Positions 1 to 12,300 of a stretch of 46,670 bases of DNA are shown in pieces; position 1 is the first letter of the stretch; each line of letters opens with the position of its first letter. The stretch comes from Nemertoderma westbladi (Eukaryota; Animalia; Xenacoelomorpha): NCBI GenBank assembly GCA_032718475.1, contig JAUCBJ010007375.1, positions 1 to 46,670 of the forward strand, given 5' to 3'. The position numbers and the translations under genes were made by a program. A model generated the notes under the pieces. The model saw nothing but the letters and a program-made list of their open reading frames with translations, searched no databases and was not told the DNA's origin.

Positions 1-172
1 CAGGGGAGTTCTCTTTATGGCGCTAAATATTTACCTGTATCCTTATATCGTAGGTAAATGACTACCAGTTCCCCTGGGGGTGTATAGTTCTGGATATCTG
101 CCATAAGACCTTATGAGTAATAATCCCCGGCCTCACAGACAAAGTGTTATATATGAAGTAAAAATCACTCAC

Positions 173-332
173 TTCTATCCCAAGCTATAGTAACTCTGCT
201 TTCCAACTTAGCAATCGTGAAAACACCAGCAATATATATTTCGATTCCGTTACCAAAGTATGGTAAAGATGTTGGTGCATTGTTGACCTGAACCTCTTGG
301 CCTCGTAAGTAACTGATTTTTGTTTCTCCAAA
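173..332 (-). CDS. Host gene exon (VWD3)
   Basis: FGETKISYLRGQEVQVNNAPTSLPY...AGVFTI...VTIAWDR A|GTGAGT. Confidence 0.88.
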
Positions 333-3300
333 CTAAAATAAATAAATATCTCAATCAGTTTGGTGAAAATTCTTCAAAATTCTCGTTCACCAACAGTAAA
401 TTAAATAAATTCCAAATTTAAATGGATCACATTACACCTGCGATAAAAGTAACTCCAATTACGATTTCCCTAGGATTTTTGAACCATTGGAAATGTTTGG
501 TGATGATACCCTGGATACCTTTTTGGTAATATATTCAACAAGCGCACGTAATATTCTCACCTGCATAATGAGTCTCTTTGTGCACGTGATTTCATTAACA
601 CCACAAGCGATGTTCTCAGCTTCGATGCTAAAGCTATCTCCACTATTATCCATTGACTTCACTAAGTGATAACTACAGCCTCCTTGGAATGTGTAATATT
701 TTCCTAAAATGCACAACAATTTTAAGCTTTTTAAGATTTTTACAACATTTTCAATTCTTCAGCTCCTTGTTTGTACTAACATACATTGCTCAGTTTACAC
801 TTTATTGTCATTTTTCCGTTTTGCTGAATTGATTACAGATTACGGATGAATTTCGTTGCATACAGATTCACTCACCATCAAATGTAATGTAATGTTGATC
901 ACCCAAAGCCGTGCATGTGGAGTGACAATCATTGTCGTCTTCACAATCCCAATGCCTTCCGTTACAGATGCAGTTGTTACAATCTATTCGTATTTCTTCA
1001 CCTGTTTCGTATTTCTCCCCAGAATGGAAGCAAGGGCAGTTTTCCTCTTGAATACAGTGGTCGCCCTATATATTGAGTTAATAGTTTTTGTATATTTATA
1101 TTGTAGTTGAAAAATTGGGGTGAATGAGTTAAAGATTCTGAAGCTACTTGGTGTGAATGAGAACAACAGGTATGATCTAAGTCATATTTATCTAATTCTA
1201 ATTTGAGTGAAATCTAAGGGTTTTCTATTTTGATGCTCTATTAATCCCTATTATATAACTTGTGAAATTCCACCCAAAACACTCAACATCACTCGTCTCA
1301 TAATGTTTAAATTTTTAAATAAATCTATAAATAGTAGCAAAATGTACTTTACAGTGTTTTTGATCCTTGTATCTTAATCGTATGGTATCATTTGCAATCA
1401 CTCACTATGTTCATTCTTGTAACAAACCACTCAGAGCAGCATGCTGTAAAGTGCTACTTTATGTTCAAATGCATAAATAGTTATTTTTTTTTAATTTAAA
1501 TTATATATTTGCTCTCCCGTAATTGAAACTCATAATATAGCCCTGTATGGTAAATCTGTACTGTACAAGGATTGTCAGTAGTCGACAAACATTACCTCTA
1601 ACACCATCCCATCTGGGCAAGTGCATCCTCCTAACATGGGGGTTTCACATCCTTCGGCTCCGATTGGATGCAAACAGGTTGCTACGCAACCGTTGAACCC
1701 AACATCATAAATCATGTTGTAAGGGCATTCAACATCTTCATCGCACCCTTTGTCATCGCATGCCCATTGTCCTTTCAGGCATGTGCTAAAGGTAATCATA
1801 TAAAAAAACAATGAGCAAATTTATAGACCTGAAAAGAACCCGTATATATACACACTAGATTGTTGAGGTATCTCTCAGGTTGTGACACTCCGTAACTATC
1901 TAAACACTTTTTTTACTTCCCCAGCATAAAGCAGGACCCCATTGTACATGTACAGCAAGACATGCGAAATCCACGTCTAAAGTATCCTGTCTCGGTACAT
2001 AACACTACAGTACAGTACATCCTTTGCCCGGATTAGAACCAGCACTATTGTGAAGCTAATCATGCTCTGCAAGCACTTCTAATTTATATATTCATATATA
2101 TTCATATATCTCTAATTTGCATGCGCTACTGCACGATTTACCAAAACTTACCATGTGCTGCACGATTTATCCAAAGTCTGTTCATTAAAGTAGATTTCAC
2201 CGTTGTATGTACAGTGGCAGTCCGTTTTGTCAACACAAATGCCTTCTTGTTCATCAACAACCTGCATAGTACAACAAGTCAACAAATAAGCAAGATGGTT
2301 ACGGGTTAACTTACAGTATAGGTTGTTCATAAGAATGTAAAAGGAATGAGATCTTTCAGTTTTATACTAGAAGCAGATAAATGTTTCTATCTGTAAATAA
2401 TTGGCCTACTACATTGCAGCTGTACATTGAGATGTAATGATGGCTTAACATAAAAAAACAAATTTGTGCCACCACCATGCAATCTACAATTTGCTTGCTG
2501 TAATGCAGCGTGCTTTAAGAATTATATGCCAGCTCGCCAACAAAATTGCACCACCCCATGACTTTTGAGAAATTATCTGGAGCTTCAAGGCCAGTGACCT
2601 TTAAGAGGCGTCTTAAGAATGTCATGGGTTCTGTAAAAGCTTTTGCGGATATAACAAGTCATTTTCTCCGCAATATACCGTGTAGGTGTTTTAGCGGACA
2701 TAACAAGCCATTTTCTCCGCAATGTACCGTGTGGGTGTTTTAGCGGACATAACAAGCCATTTTCTGCCGCAATGCGCCTAATACTCTAAAAGACTGGAAC
2801 TCAGATGACGAAATCTGTCAGCTGATTTACTGTAAACGTGGAACATCTCTTTGTTCAGCTCGCTCAGCCAATCAGAGCGATCTTCATTTCATCTTGCACA
2901 GAGGCCTACGGAAAACCGCACAATGCATTACGGTTTTGTTTACCTTTCTGAGCCTCAGAACATCGGCTTGGAAATTATTCTGTGCTTCTGTAGAAGTTTC
3001 AGAATTTGGCCAACATTAGACGGCTTTGATTATAAGAACGTAAATCTATTATCTGGGCCTGACTGATGCATTACAACAGCGTGTCACTCGCTCAATGCAT
3101 TACGAACTCGGCACCTACCGACATACTGACTTTCACCGCATTATTTTACTTCTGTTTACTGTCTTTTATTAATTGTTATATGTTGATGGATATGTTGTTA
3201 TATTTGGAGAATACCGATAAATAATCATAAAACCCCCAATTTTCTTGATTACTGAAGGTAAGAGGGACCGGTTACCTGTAGCAATTGCGACTTACATTAT

Positions 3301-6300
3301 AGTGGTTTTTGTGTGAATTAAATGCTATTTCATAATCCCTACATGTGTCAGTTGCTATCCTCCTTATATATGATCAAATTCAGTGACAGTCGGCAGATCA
3401 GTGTGAAACAGTGTGAAGTTGTGTGCAGTAGTGTGACAGATAATAAAGCATCTCCTAAAGAATGCGCTATTTACGAAAATCAGTAGCCATCTAGTTGTGT
3501 TTAGTATAAGTCATAACTCTGTTTTTATACTTAAAGCGCCACGTCCTAAAGGAACTGTTAATATTTCCCCGAAAGTGAATAATATTGTCAGAGATTATAT
3601 AGTAACGATCAATCGAATAATACAGTAGGTCTGCAACGCAATAACTTCAAAGCACCCGAATCCAGTCTCCCTTAACTGTGGATGAATGATCGCGCATAGA
3701 CTGGCTTCGGCTAATGTTACTTCATGTGCACTAAATAATTGTTATAGGCTAAAGTCGATTTATAAAAGTCGATCTAAAATTGGCAGGTTAAACTGCTAAA
3801 GGTCTGAAAGCGCGAACAATAATAGATTTTGTTCTTTATTGCACAGTAGGCAATAAATATAGTTGTCTATTGTTCTGGTAAGAACAATAATAGATTTTTA
3901 GTTTCTTTATTGCACCATAGGCAATAAAGTCGAAGGTACCGGTCGAACGGTAAGCTGTAGGCCTAACTGCCCAAACTATCCGAACCGGTACTTTTACAGG
4001 TACAACAGTATTATTCGATTTTGATAATTATATACCGGTAGGTCTTGATATTTAATCAGGGACAGCCGCCCTAGTTATTTATTGGGATTTTACTTATTTC
4101 TGTCAGTTTTATTTATCTGTAAGTGTAATATTGAGCAGAAGGCGTATAAGCCAGCTCAAATTGTACAGATAATTTGTAGGCTGGATTGTTGTCTGGCTGT
4201 TGTTAAGTCTGAAGAGATTGCAGTGTGTGTAGAGTGTATGTCCGATAAAGTACTAGTTAGGAAGGTGGGGGCATCCAGTGCTGTAAGATAAATCCCCCCC
4301 GAAAGAATAAGTCGTATTACTCGGTTAGAACGCATACTAACTAACCATTTCGGAGTCTGCATATACTGTAGTTTATTTAGGCTTGATAGTAGTCTGCCAG
4401 CGTTTGGTCTGTATTTTGTTTGTGTAGTCTGCACGGGTAGCGTAATATTTATTATTCAGAGTCTATGCGAGTATTCGCAACCTACATAACTCCCCAAGTT
4501 TATTCCTACAGTAATTGTGCTTGTTATACATACCGTTATAGTTAAATTAACCCCGGTACTACATCAGGGCTGCTTGGCGTAGGTAAAGACTAGTTATTTT
4601 ATGCTCTAGTCACTCCAGCAGATACCGTGGTTCTTTTAGCTGTACAAGTATATTTAACTGCTGGTTATTTGTTATATAAGTACTTGTACCTAATTTAGGG
4701 TTTAGTGTACAGTACTTTCCGAAAGTAATTAGTGTGTAGGCAGTATATTTGTGTTGTAAAGTGGTTAATAGGCACGTTAGCTCTGGTTGGCTGCGGTAAT
4801 TAACTTCTAGGTTAGGACACTCCGGGTACATAACGTAGTACTTATAGAGCTGTAGAGCTAAAGACTATAAGTCATCAGACGGTGGTATTTTCTTATCTGG
4901 ACAACGCAATTTATTTACTACTGCTTAATTATTTTCAAATACCGTAGTATCCTGTTTGTTTGTAATAACCAGAAATTCTAACTCCTTGTTAGGCTGGTTT
5001 GTAGATTTCCTGTAAAATTACCCTAAAATTTGTATGTGTAACTTTTGTGTTTATTTAGAGATTGTAATCTCATACAGTAATTGTATGTAATTTGTAGTAA
5101 TAAGTAACTTAGTAAAGTAGAATTATTTGTTTTAGTGTCTAACAAGTAGCACTTCACTGAGAGCATTCAGCTTCTGTGTAGTGACTCCTTACCAGAAATA
5201 ATAACATTTATTTCAAACATTGACAAAAACCCTTGTACGGGTACATAATATATTATAAATCAACTCAAACCTATTTATAAAATAGTAGGCCTGTTATACA
5301 TCAATTAGGTCTTAATATCAGTTGGGCTACTGTTTAATAACAGTAATAAAGTAAAGGAAAGTAACCCTAAAATTCAGAAATTCAGTTATTATAAAATAAT
5401 TGACATACCGGTATTTACGATAGGCTTATTATATTTATTTATATAAATTTGGCTGAAATTATATGCCGGTATTCTGTAATTAATCCTAGTCTATAATAAT
5501 ACTTATATATACTATAAGTGTATGCTGTATACCAGTATTTACGGTAGGCTTATTATATATATTTATATAAATTTATGCTGAAATTATATACCGGTATTCT
5601 GTGACTAATCAATCCTAGTCTGTAATAATACTTATATAACGGTATCGGTAATTAATTACTAGGCTTACAGTTGTTACTGAATTACTAGACTTGCCTTAAC
5701 TGTCGTTATAGTAGTAGGCATTCAACTGTACAATCAAACATGGCTGACACAAAGCAAACTCTGTCAGATAGTCTCCTAGAAAGAACAGTCTGCGACTCCG
5801 ACAGGAGTGCCGAACATTTGAGACCGAAGTCCAAGTCCCCTCCTACTGTAAGAAAGGTCATCCCTCCAGTAGTAGTATCAGACCCTAGGCTAGTAAAGCA
5901 CCGTAGGTCTATCATAGGCACTCGGGCCCAAGTCAAGCGGGACCAAGAGGCAGCTGTTAAACAGCAGCAACACCCGAACCGAGAACTTATTTCTCAGCGG
6001 CCCGATAGCTCCAGTAGTTCAGATACTGTAGAGTTGACACCCGAGCGCGGAGTAAAGATGACAGAAGCAGTTTATTCGGATCCACTTCTCATTCTTCTTG
6101 AAGCCGTACTCACTAGGGTATTGATTGTGGTGGAGGAACATCAAATCGATTGGGCGAGAAGTAAGTGATCGACCAAGGACAGTTATGCGGGATACACAAT
6201 GTAAGAACTGAAGTCTATTGTCGAGACGCAATGGAACTTCCCTGGACCCGGACTCCCGTTTAACTTATTGAAAGTTGCCTGGGAGGACTTATACAGGATG

Positions 6301-9300
6301 GGAGTAGTAAGGGACACTAGAGATCCAGCTGTGTGGAAGAGGTCGGCAGCAGGATATGTACAGGGATTCTTCAACTCTTTGGAGCGATTAGAGGAACAAC
6401 TGTTTCAACAACCCCAAGGACCTCAAGAGCAGGGAGAGCTGCTTTATCAAGTTAGAGAACGAATCTTACAGATCAGACTGATCCTTTCCGCCTTTGAGGA
6501 AGCCTCGAAGAGAAGCCAAGACACGTCGTTGCAAGTTGCCGTAAAGACTTGGTTCCAACGGGTGAGTATTAAGGTCCAAGGAACGACACAATGGAAAATT
6601 CAGCTAACTGAGCGCGCGACCCACGGAGAATCAACAGACGCTACCTTTTCTCAAGTGGAAAGCGAAGCGACATCGGAGAAACCTCAGAAGAAGGATGCTA
6701 TTGACATCTATCTGTCGGACTATCAACGATTTATAGGTGACAAAGAGTTAAGGAGACGGCTAGCTGGACTTCACCCTAATAGTGAGGGAGCCAAGTTTGT
6801 GTTAGACTCATTAAATGCGGAAATGTTAGCCGCAGACCAGGGTAAATTTGATGAAAGCATGCGCATCGCTAGGGTCCAAGAAGAGCAGCTAAAGAAAAAA
6901 CAGATAGAAGACAGACAGGAAGCGGCAGCGGCAGCGGTAGAGGCTGAAAGAAAAGCAGCAGCGGCAGCAGTAGAAGCAGAAAGAAAAGCGGCAGCAGCAG
7001 CTGCAGAAGCGGAAAGAAAAGCTGCAGAAGCGGAAAGAAAAGCTGCAGAAGCGGAAAGAAAAGCGGCAGAGGCGGAAAGAAAAGCGACAGCAGTAGCTGC
7101 AGAAGTTGAAAGAAAGGCGGCAGTGGCAGTGGCGGAAACAAAACGGAGGGCATCTGAAGAGACAACCCAACTAGAGTTGGAAAATCTTCAAGAGAAGCAA
7201 GACTACTTAAATAAACAGAGAACAGCTAGTCAGATGCAGATGATAAGTCGTTCTACTCCCAAGAGACAGGGATTTACATCATCTGATGAAGGCGATACAA
7301 CAGATCCTGAAGGCGGAGGAAATAGATCTCATTCCAGCAGACGTAGAAAAACGCCACACCGTCAGAAATTGCCTAATTTGCCCCCAGCTGTGAGAAGGCA
7401 ACTAGCTAGTGTAGACTTAGGTAGTACAGAACCCACAGACCAAATTATTAGAGTAGAAAGACTCCCTACTATAGTAGATGAGCCTGAAATAATTAGGCCT
7501 GTTCTCGAAGCCACCCCCTCTATGATAGAGACCCCACAGAGACCCCTGTGCCCAGTAGAATAGCCCCTGAATCTGTCCCAGTCCTGGACGCCGAGCAAGA
7601 CATCAATGATTTGTCGCCCGTCGTCCCTCGTCTACCCGCTACTATGTTGGCGGCTCCCGCTTCGGCGGTAGAGTGGGTAGATGAGTGACGGCGGGGGATG
7701 GATCTCCTGCTCGGACAATTGGAGGAAAATCGATTACGTTCCTCCCAGCAGGTCCAAGAAATGGAATGGACTGTTCAGCAGTTAAAGGAACAGTAAGAGA
7801 GGGTAGGTTAGAGTTGCAAGAAGTGCAGCAGAGTATCGCTTTAGAACGCGATAAATTGGTAAATATACAAAGGGGTTTACCACCACCCCCTGTAACAATG
7901 TGTCAACCTGTTAGGTCTGAAGTATTTCATGCGCAAGGTGTGGAGCCTACACGCATCTATACTGCTAGTGAAGTAGAAACTCCTATAGTAAACCCTATTA
8001 AGGATAATTATAAACCTGTTGATAATGATATTCCATATAGACCTGATCATAATCCGAGAAATTTATATACCGATAACTCGATATTAAATAATACGATGGC
8101 CCAAGAAAGTTTTACGCGTCAAATGGCTAGAACTGAAGCCCGTCAAGCGGTAAAGGTGGGAGAGATAGTCAAGTTCAATGGAGATGAGATGAAATGGTTA
8201 TCTTTTAATGAATATTATAAAGATAACATACAGAACTCTGTACTATCTAACGGAGAGAAACTTAGATTCCTCATCGAGTGCTTGGAAGGACCTCCCAAGT
8301 TAATGGCGTTAAAGTTTATTGGACATCCAGATGGATTAAGGGGGGGGGGGGGGGTATAATAATAGACCATAAATTTTGGACGCTCTATAGATGCATCTAA
8401 AATTATTTTTTTGCAGGAGTCATATTTTGAGTTTTGTGACTAAGGAATTAAAATTTTGGAAAAATTCAAAATTTTTCAAAAATTTTATTTTTTCGCCAAA
8501 ATTTTGCCAAAAAGGCAAAAAATGAAAAAAATGCTAAGGCTTCTAGCCAAATTATCCAAATACTTCAAAACTCACGTGAGAAAGTCAGTAGGACGTCCCA
8601 AACGATTTGCATTGACAAAATTTTGATATCTTGTCGAGAAGAGCAAAAAGCACCAAAAGGGACATTTTTGGTCCAAAAAATGACCAAAATTTCAAAAATT
8701 TGGCCCAATTTTTCGAAAAAATTGAGTTTTTAAAAAAATATCAAAATTTTGTCAATGCATTTTGTAAAGGACCCCACAATCATCGATCATGCAAAAAATC
8801 AGCACATTTGGGCCATTTTTGACAGAGCCTTAGCATTTTTCGTTTGAAAAATGCTAATTGGAGAAAAACAGGTTTAAAGTTAAAGTTTGTTTATTTTATT
8901 ATGAAGTTAAATTTTTGAAATTTCGATTAAATGAGATAAACTCAGTGAATTCTAATAAAATTTTTTTCATCTAGTTCCAAATTTTATGTAGATTCCAAAA
9001 ATTGTATTATTATCGCATGTTAATCTTAAGGTCATATTATTTCATATAAAAGACATGTTAAAGGGTGTGAATTTTTTGACAAAATTTGAACAAAAAACTG
9101 AAATCAATAAAAAATAATAATTCAAATTAGGCACTATATTAATATTCATTAATTAAAATTAAATTTAAAAATTTAAAATGAAATTTAAAAAGTTAATTAA
9201 AAGGCCCCAGATTTATATGACTTATGATCGGGTGCTTGCCATTTCTTTGATGGTTTGTGTTCAGTACTTTTCTGTTTACGTTTAGGTTGACCTTCTTTGC

Positions 9301-12300
9301 TCGTTCTGCAAGGTCACCATCATCTTCCTCAAGGCCAAGCTTCTTCAAAATTATCTGTTCTGCTGAACACCCCCGATTGTGAACTAAAACAGTATACGAA
9401 ACATGAAACATGAGTGTACTTAGACCCACAAACGTTTCTTTAGATAGACGAGTCCATAGCCGTGAATGCAGAGATTCGTGTTGTAACGATTCGTGATAAC
9501 TCATGTTGTTTCTCAACATTATCTCCATAATCACAATAGTGTGTTGCAGCCACGATTTCACTTCGAATCGTGCTTATGAGCACTGATTTTTCAGTCTCTG
9601 AGAGTTTATCTATATCAACATCTCCTATATTCTTCACGATCGTATTTCGGTAATATGACTGCAATTGGTGACATCGACTATCAGTCAACCCTCCCTTGCC
9701 TCCAAGTTTATGAGTTTTGCGAGCATTGGAAAGACCTGTATATAGACGCTTCGCAACGTGGTTGAGGCACTCTTTCTTCTGCACTGTTACATTCTGCTCT
9801 CTGTAAGGATCGGACTCCAATATGTTCTTCATAACGCTGCTGTCGCCATCCGATACCATTGATTGATATATGACACCATTATTTGATAGGGATCTATTGA
9901 ATAGTTTAACAGCTAAATGAGGTTCCATACCTGAACTGGACCCTGAATAATTTATATTACACTCATGATCAGCATTGCCATCTTCTTCTTTGTTGCGGCT
10001 ACAAATATTACAGTATTTTGAACAAACATTGAAATCAATGACATGTCCTGTATTTTCGGATATGATAAACGCGGCACCATAAAGTGATTGATGGCCTCTT
10101 TTCATCCATGTACCGTCAAAAGATATACATATTTCCCTGTCAATCTCTTTCATTGCACAATTTTTTGCATTTCCTCGTGCAAGTGATTCCGTGACCTTCG
10201 AGATTTCGTTGACATGAAATTGCCAGGCTCTCTTCGCAACAGGAGATGGTAGTGACATTATTCTAGAAAACGTCTCTGCATCACCATGGGTCCCACCAAC
10301 ACAAAGCCAAGCCAGTACTGCACGAAGATTCACATCCACTGTTTTTCTTCCAGGACGAGGTTCAGTTCGAGAAACTTGGTCGCTCGTGAAAGTAGAATAT
10401 TGCCAATCACAACGTGAACATTTCCCCTCAAAATTGGTACTATAACCACAATGTGACTCATTTATCACTACTGTACCGTCACATTGCTTATCATCATGTT
10501 TCTCCATTATCAGTTTCTTTATTATTTGCATTGCTACAACGTTATATCCCTCCAACTTTCCATCTGAGGGTAGGACATTCAGATTCGATGCTATTAGCGA
10601 CGGTTCTCGATCTTTTGGCACTACCGGTACCGGTACTGAAATCGATTTCATATGCGCGAGGTTCAATGTACCGGTATCTTGTTTCTTGGTTCCTCGAAAT
10701 CCTGCTTTCCGTTGTTGAGTTATTCGTGGCATACTGTATTATAAAAATTATATCGTCAACGATGTATGTACAATTTTCGATTCGAAGATGGAGGACGCTC
10801 TATAGTCTGTGTCTGTCAAAACTGCTGATTGCATTGATTGAAACACCAATACAGCATACAGTTAGTAACTAAAACATAACAATGTGCAAATTCTCGTTTT
10901 AAACTTCCCACTAAAATACATTCCAACCTGTAATAACTTATTAGCCAATACAATGATTTCAGTGCAACAAGCCGGAAATTTTGTTAATTTTTGTCATTTT
11001 TTTCAAATAATTTTCAGGATGCGTGTCTATATAATGAGCCATAACTCGAAAACTAGACAAGCTAGAAATAAACTGTTTACAGATTTGAAATCTCCATAAA
11101 ATTTGCTACAAGAAACGGGTATAAAATTTTTTTTATATTTTTTGACCCCAATTATTATACCCCCCCCCCTTAAGACAAGTTTGGGATACACTAAACATCA
11201 GGTATGGTAATAGGACGAACATAGCTAGGTATTTGTATGCGAAATTAGTAGCGCCCCGAAAGTTTCTTAGCAGCGGGATTATAGAATTTTCCAATGAGAT
11301 CCAGGAGATCTGTAGACAATTAGATTGGCTAGGTAAGTCTCATGAATATCAGAGTTCTATGGTTATTGGAGCCGTAGCATCTACCTTGCCAAAGGGTGGA
11401 GTGGGTACTCGTTGGGACAAAAGAGTTCTATATATGATGGAACAACAACAAAGAGACCCTACCATGGCTGATCTCATGTCATTCTTAAATGGAGAGGTAA
11501 AATTACAGCTCCTAAAGCAGTCCCGAGAGAAGACACCGGAAAATAAGGTGAGTGAAAAACCCGTTTCTAGGAGAAAGGTAACACCAGTGTGTTATACAGA
11601 CGATGGCGAAAGCCAGACCTCTCACGAGGAGAACAGCGGGAAAGACACCGACAGATCTTATTATGTCAACAAAGCACCTAAAGACGTAAGTAATTTTAAG
11701 TCTCGAACCAGTGACAGGAGAGAACAGGTAACAAAAACTCCTCCCACGTCTCCTAAGAGAATTCATGGAAGAAAGCCCGAGGAAAGAACAAGTGTGCACC
11801 ACACAGCACAGGTTAAAGTAAGTAACATCAAGCCCAAATGTGTATTGTGCGACGGGCCCCATCGCTGGAGTGGGTGTGATGAATTCCTGAAGAAATCCCT
11901 TAAGGGTAGACGTGATGTCATGTGGGATAAGCGGTTGTGTTATAATTGTCTCAGACGAGGACACCAACGGCGGACCTGTTACTCAGATGCTAGGTGTGCT
12001 AAGTGCGGCGCGAAACATCATATCTTGCTGCACACAGAATTTGAAAGAACCCGCACGAGTCAGGTAAGTGAGCCCGAACTACATGTCCAATTCAGTGATG
12101 TGAACGACACTAACCACAGCTCTGAGATGGAAGGATTCTACACAGACGAATTCTCCGACGAAAACGAATCCTGTTATATGACAAACACCGCAGTATATCG
12201 AGCGCTTACGTATGAGACTGAAACCGATAATGAAGTCCAATCGACTATTCCGGACCGACAACCATCTTGGAAAGCGCCAACTTCCAACGTCGGAATCCGG

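Noticed and set aside
1-76. Stem-loop CAGGGGAG…TTCCCCTG with inner ATTTACCT/AGGTAAAT
   Set aside because: Truncated at the window edge, single instance, no context to interpret.
2800-3110. Hammerhead-like words in the LTR (CAGATGACGAAA, CTGATGC)
   Set aside because: Neither gives the CUGANGA…GAAA core with three supporting stems.
6869-7170. Minus-strand Leu/Phe- and Cys-rich ORFs
   Set aside because: Antisense shadows of the AEAERKA coiled-coil repeat in gag.
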